NCBI RefSeq assembly: GCF_000260965.1
Contig: NC_017856.1
Coordinates: 1,860,001-1,892,000, forward strand
Source: Methylophaga frappieri
GTDB taxonomy: Bacteria > Pseudomonadota > Gammaproteobacteria > Nitrosococcales > Methylophagaceae
Direction of reading: 5' to 3'
Length of the DNA: 32,000 nt
Shown: piece by piece, positions 28,546 to 32,000 of the stretch
Layout: every line of letters starts with the position of its first letter
Position numbering within the stretch: position 1 is the stretch's first letter
The notes under the pieces: model-generated
The model's database searches: none
The model's input: the letters and a program-made list of their open reading frames with translations, nothing else
Told to the model about the DNA's origin: nothing
Translations under genes and position numbers: made by a program

Positions 28546-28950
28546 ATGAAAATCAGTGAATTTTCGACCCTGAGCGGTGTGCCGGTTGATACGCTACGCT
28601 ATTACGAAAAAATTGGTTTATTAAAAGCCGAAACACGGAGCAATAGTGGTTATCGGGATTATGGCGATGCCAGTCTGGAAACCGTTCGTTTCATTTTAAG
28701 TGCCAAAAGTCTGGGGTTTACGCTGGAAACCATTCAAAAGCTGCTGCAAATTCAAGTGAACAAACAGGATGCCTCCTGTGAGGATGTCAAACAATTCGTT
28801 GCAGATCAGCTTGAGTTGGTAAATCAGCGTTTAGCTGAATTACAAAAAATCAAACAGGCCATGCAACGGTTGCATGGTGCCTGCTGTGGCGGCAAGGAAA
28901 ATGCCAGCTATTGTTCCATTTTACAGGCGCTGGAGGCTGGCAATGTTTAA
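28546..28950 (+). CDS. zntR: MerR-family Zn(II)/Cd/Pb-responsive transcriptional regulator, ZntR-like
   Basis: 134-aa ORF with an N-terminal wHTH (ISEFSTLSGVPVDTLRYYEKIGLL). The metal-binding cysteines are in ZntR-like positions (DASCED; LHGACCGG; ASYCSILQALEAG). Confidence 0.8.
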   Translation: MKISEFSTLSGVPVDTLRYYEKIGLLKAETRSNSGYRDYGDASLETVRFILSAKSLGFTLETIQKLLQIQVNKQDASCEDVKQFVADQLELVNQRLAELQKIKQAMQRLHGACCGGKENASYCSILQALEAGNV

Positions 28951-30013
28951 TACCATGATGGCACATTTAAGTTTGGTCGGCTCGCAACTGCTGGAACTGT
29001 TTGTCATTTCTGCCCCTTGGTTATTGCTGGGCTTTTTTATGGCCGCCTGTATTAAAGCGTTTGTCAAAACTGAAACCCTGTATCGGTATTTGGGCGGAAC
29101 TGGGTTCGGGGTGAGCGTGAAAGCGGCTTTAATCGGTGCGCCGTTGCCGTTGTGTTCCTGTGGCGTGGTTCCTGCCGCTTTGGGGTTGCGTGCTTCGGGG
29201 GCGTCCAAAAATGCCACCGTTTCTTTTTTGGTCGCCACACCGGAAACCGGCGTGGATTCGGTGAGCTTTACCTACGCATTAATGGGACCAATCATGGCGA
29301 TAGTGCGGCCGATTGCTGCCATATTCAGCGCCATTGTCTCGGGACTTTTGGTGGGGAAAGCGGAACAGCATGCAGCGCAAGTTGAGCGCACTGATCATAA
29401 AAAAGCGGGTGGCAGTTGCTGCTCTTCCCAAAAAACCGTCCCGCAACCGCCAAACTATCGACAAAAATTGCAGGAGGGGTTGCGCTTTGCCTTTGGCAAA
29501 ATGCTGCGTGATGTCGTTGTTTGGCTAATGCTGGGCTTACTGGTGGCGGCGTTGGTACAAAGTTACTTGCCTGAAGACTTTTTCACGGCTTTAGGTGATG
29601 GCTTTCTGTCTATGTTATTGATGGCCGTGATTGGTATTCCCATGTATGTCTGCGCCACCGGCTCCACCCCCATCGCCGCCGGTTTTTTACTGTCTGGCTT
29701 ATCACCCGGCGCCGTGCTGGTCTTTATGTTACTTGGTCCCGCTTCAAACATTGGCACCTTGATGATTGTTAAAAATGAATTGGGCGCCAGAGCGGTAACC
29801 GCCTATTTGATCGGTATTACCCTCAGCGCCTTTACGTTCGGGTTTTTACTAAATTATTTAACTGCCTATTTTGGCTGGGATTTTATGTCCGCACTGCAAA
29901 CCCATGATCATGCCATGACCACGTGGTGGGAATGGGTGGCCGCGTTAGTATTGGCGATGGTCATCGCAAAAGCCCTGTTCGATAAAGTGTTGCCAGCAAA
30001 GCAGGCGCATTAA
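28943..30013 (+). CDS. polytopic permease, ArsP/PF03773-like (resembles SO_0444-family Cu/Zn efflux transporters)
   Basis: The ATG at 28943 has GGAGG 5 nt upstream and overlaps the zntR stop by 8 nt (356 aa, MFNTMMAHLSLVG..). The protein has about 10 TM helices, a PLCSCGVVP motif and a Cys-rich loop (GGSCCSSQ). The ORF-track start at 28874 would lie deep inside zntR. Confidence 0.7.
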   Translation: MFNTMMAHLSLVGSQLLELFVISAPWLLLGFFMAACIKAFVKTETLYRYLGGTGFGVSVKAALIGAPLPLCSCGVVPAALGLRASGASKNATVSFLVATPETGVDSVSFTYALMGPIMAIVRPIAAIFSAIVSGLLVGKAEQHAAQVERTDHKKAGGSCCSSQKTVPQPPNYRQKLQEGLRFAFGKMLRDVVVWLMLGLLVAALVQSYLPEDFFTALGDGFLSMLLMAVIGIPMYVCATGSTPIAAGFLLSGLSPGAVLVFMLLGPASNIGTLMIVKNELGARAVTAYLIGITLSAFTFGFLLNYLTAYFGWDFMSALQTHDHAMTTWWEWVAALVLAMVIAKALFDKVLPAKQAH

Positions 30014-30024
30014 ATAGTAAAGCT

Positions 30025-30053
30025 CCCGCCTGCCGGATTCGTCGGCAGGCGGG
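30025..30053. terminator. GC-rich hairpin after the permease gene (possibly bidirectional)
   Basis: CCCGCCTGCCGgattcgtCGGCAGGCGGG has an 11-bp stem. The flanks are only moderately T-rich on both strands. It also lies just downstream of the minus-strand receptor remnant. Confidence 0.5.
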
Positions 30054-30062
30054 GTTATACGT

Positions 30063-30239
30063 TTACCAGTTATAGGTTGCCGTCAGGTACGCCGAACGTT
30101 CTACGCCATAAAAACAAGCATAGCTACACGTCGCATACTCCTTATCAAACAGGTTACTAATGTTTAATGTCAAATTCACATTTTCACGATGCGTCTGTAG
30201 TCTTTGAATAACTCCAACATGATGAACTGTCAGCTTGCT
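30063..30239 (-). pseudogene. C-terminal remnant (58 codons) of a TonB-dependent receptor
   Basis: My hand translation of the minus strand gives SKLTVHHVGVIQRLQTHRENVNLTLNISNLFDKEYATCSYACFYGVERSAYLTATYNW followed by a stop. The NLFDKEY motif and the terminal aromatic residue are typical of the last barrel strands. There is no in-frame ATG, and the frame is closed upstream by a TGA at 30240-30242, 10 nt from the stop of the next receptor gene. Confidence 0.6.
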
Positions 30240-30252
30240 TCAACACCGTCTA

Positions 30253-32000
30253 TTAAAAGTCATAGCGCAAACTCGCGGTCACATTTCTCGGTGCACCATA
30301 CGCATACTGACTGTAAAAACCGATCTGACTGTAATATTTTTCATCAAACAGATTATTTACATTCAACTGGGCCTGCAGATCTGGCGTAATCTGATAGCGG
30401 GCCATTAAATTTGCCAGAGCGTAACTTTCTTGCTTGAGTTTGTCTGGGTTACCCAAGGGGTTATTGGCAATTGTGTAATTGCTGCTTTCCCAGTTCACAC
30501 CCGCACCAAAAGTCAAATTCTGAATCTGGTAGGTGGTATAAAGGGTTGCTGTACGACGTGGATAAGACGTATTGACTGTGTCACCGTTAGCATCTTCAGC
30601 GCGAAATTGTGACCACCCCAATAAGACATTCCAGTTTTCAGTTAGTGCCCCCGCCAGTTCGATCTCAAAGCCTTTACTGGTTGCACCCTCGGCTGGAGTA
30701 TAGGCTTGTTGATTAATTGAACCGGGCACCAGATTATTCGGATCAACTTGTCCCAGGTTGTCTTGTTCGATCCGGAAAACCGAGAAGCTCGCATTCAAAC
30801 GGCCATCTAGATAAGCCGCTTTCAACCCTGCTTCGTAATTTTTGCCCTCGATAGGATCCAGGTAATCGCCATTTTTATCTTGCAAGTTTTGCGGATTAAA
30901 AATATCGGTATAGCTGACATATGCTGAGTAAACATCGTTGAAGTCATAAATCAGACCCGCATAAGGCGTGACTTCATCACTATGCTCAAACTCGTACAGA
31001 CTGCCATTCCATTGCATGCCAGATATTTCCCAATCGGTAATACGGCTACCCAAAATCAAGGTCAGCGGATCCGCTAAAGATAAGCGCGATACGGCATAAA
31101 AACCCGTTTGCTCCGTATCCTGGCTAACATAGGTTGCTTTGGGACCCCATACAGGTTCCGGATAGCTGCCATCCCATTGGTAAAAGTTGCCAACCGGTGC
31201 TGGATTCGTTGCCGGACGGCGATCAGCAACAAAGTCCTGATCACTATGCATCATCCCGATAGTGACTTCATGCTCACGACCAAATAACGAAAAAGGCACA
31301 TTGCCATAAATATCAACGTTATCCTGTTCACGTTCAGTGTCATACCAGCTATTACTGGCTCGCAACCCTTCACCGGTAACGCGATCTGGTGAACCACTCA
31401 AATACAACAGCCGCAAGTCACCTTCATTGATACTTTTACTGTAGGCGGCGTAGATCGAGGCGCCTGATTCAAATACATGCTCGAGATTCGCATAATAATT
31501 TGTCACATCAGAGCCCCACTTGCTCCAATCCGCCGCAGTCGTTTTAGAACGATTCCAGTTTGTACGGCTGCCATCACTAAACCATGTTGGCAAACCACCC
31601 CACATTGAGCTGGTCGGATCATGTTTTTGATGACTGACACCAATATTCAATAAGGTTCGATCCGTCAGATCAAACCCCATTGTGCCAAAGAAAACTTGAC
31701 GCTCATCTTCGAGTAAATCTTCAAAAGAATGGCCTTGGCGATAGCTACCAACGAGACGACCCCGAATCGTGCCTGCTTCGTTTAATGGCGTCGAGATATC
31801 AACCGTTCCCTGATATTTATCCCACGAACCCGCTGACACGATCGCATGCCCCTGGAACTCACGACTATCTGCCCGTTTACGCACCAGATTAATCGCCGCC
31901 GAAGGGTTGCCGGCCCCCGTCATCAGACCCGTTGCCCCCCGCACGATTTCAACCCGATCGAAGATGGCCGTATCCGTTTGTGTTTCGCCAGCAGAATAAC
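30253..32000 (-). CDS. TonB-dependent siderophore receptor, FhuE-like, N-terminus beyond window end
   Basis: The frame stays open upstream of the ORF-track Met to the window edge (..YSAGETQTDTAIFDRVEIVRGATGLMTGAGNPSAAINLVRKRA..). It is collinear by eye with E. coli FhuE and ends ..NVTASLRYDF. Confidence 0.9.
   Translation of the reverse strand, partial: YSAGETQTDTAIFDRVEIVRGATGLMTGAGNPSAAINLVRKRADSREFQGHAIVSAGSWDKYQGTVDISTPLNEAGTIRGRLVGSYRQGHSFEDLLEDERQVFFGTMGFDLTDRTLLNIGVSHQKHDPTSSMWGGLPTWFSDGSRTNWNRSKTTAADWSKWGSDVTNYYANLEHVFESGASIYAAYSKSINEGDLRLLYLSGSPDRVTGEGLRASNSWYDTEREQDNVDIYGNVPFSLFGREHEVTIGMMHSDQDFVADRRPATNPAPVGNFYQWDGSYPEPVWGPKATYVSQDTEQTGFYAVSRLSLADPLTLILGSRITDWEISGMQWNGSLYEFEHSDEVTPYAGLIYDFNDVYSAYVSYTDIFNPQNLQDKNGDYLDPIEGKNYEAGLKAAYLDGRLNASFSVFRIEQDNLGQVDPNNLVPGSINQQAYTPAEGATSKGFEIELAGALTENWNVLLGWSQFRAEDANGDTVNTSYPRRTATLYTTYQIQNLTFGAGVNWESSNYTIANNPLGNPDKLKQESYALANLMARYQITPDLQAQLNVNNLFDEKYYSQIGFYSQYAYGAPRNVTASLRYDF

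Noticed and set aside
12343-29238. Antisense ORFs inside hemD, argH, the receptor gene, tpsB and the permease gene (12343-12714, 14203-14544, 15660-16082, 27568-28026, 28921-29238)
   Set aside because: Each lies fully within a strongly supported gene on the other strand. None has motifs or an SD.
3616-30013. N-terminal extensions given by the ORF track (yidD 3873, hemY 10907, hemX 11932, hemD 12692, argH 13658, piuC 18381, permease 28874)
   Set aside because: The extensions use TTG or lack an SD. They overlap the upstream gene extensively, or add residues absent from known family N-termini. Internal ATGs with an SD or coupling geometry fit better.
1-32000. Search for tRNA, rRNA, CRISPR arrays, IS elements, integrases and phage or defence genes
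   Set aside because: I saw none. Every ORF of about 200 aa or more that does not lie inside a better-supported gene (alternative-frame or antisense) is accounted for by the genes listed. The only repeats are those inside tpsA.

Overview
Gammaproteobacterial chromosome segment around dnaA. All names come from reading motifs by eye; no searches were run. The left ~15 kb is conserved housekeeping. It holds a partial Na/Pi cotransporter gene and mnmE-yidC-yidD-rnpA-rpmH on the minus strand, with dnaA-dnaN diverging from them. recF-gyrB do not follow dnaN. Next come a small secreted YceI-like protein behind a perfect Fur-type palindrome, a CPA2 K+/H+ antiporter, hemY-hemX-hemD-hemC, and divergent argH. 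The right ~17 kb is a metal-related accessory stretch. It holds a TonB-dependent siderophore receptor with a Fur box, a PiuC/YbiX-type hydroxylase, and a divergent uncharacterised secreted protein. It also holds a two-partner secretion pair: a 2395-aa TpsA with three GLUG-repeat modules and five YDG/MBG repeats, then TpsB. After that comes a ZntR-type regulator translationally coupled to an ArsP/SO_0444-like permease behind a 19-bp-spacer MerR-type promoter. The window ends with a 58-codon TonB-receptor C-terminal remnant and a FhuE-like receptor that runs off the edge. I saw no tRNA, rRNA, CRISPR array, IS element or integrase. The most interesting signals are: (1) the mosaic, near-identical in-frame repeats inside tpsA; (2) the cluster of Fur-like and other operators tying several uncharacterised secreted proteins to metal limitation; (3) the receptor remnant, which marks an old deletion junction. 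I found no convincing evidence for a wholly new multi-gene system. The candidates listed are hypotheses that need homology searches and experiments.
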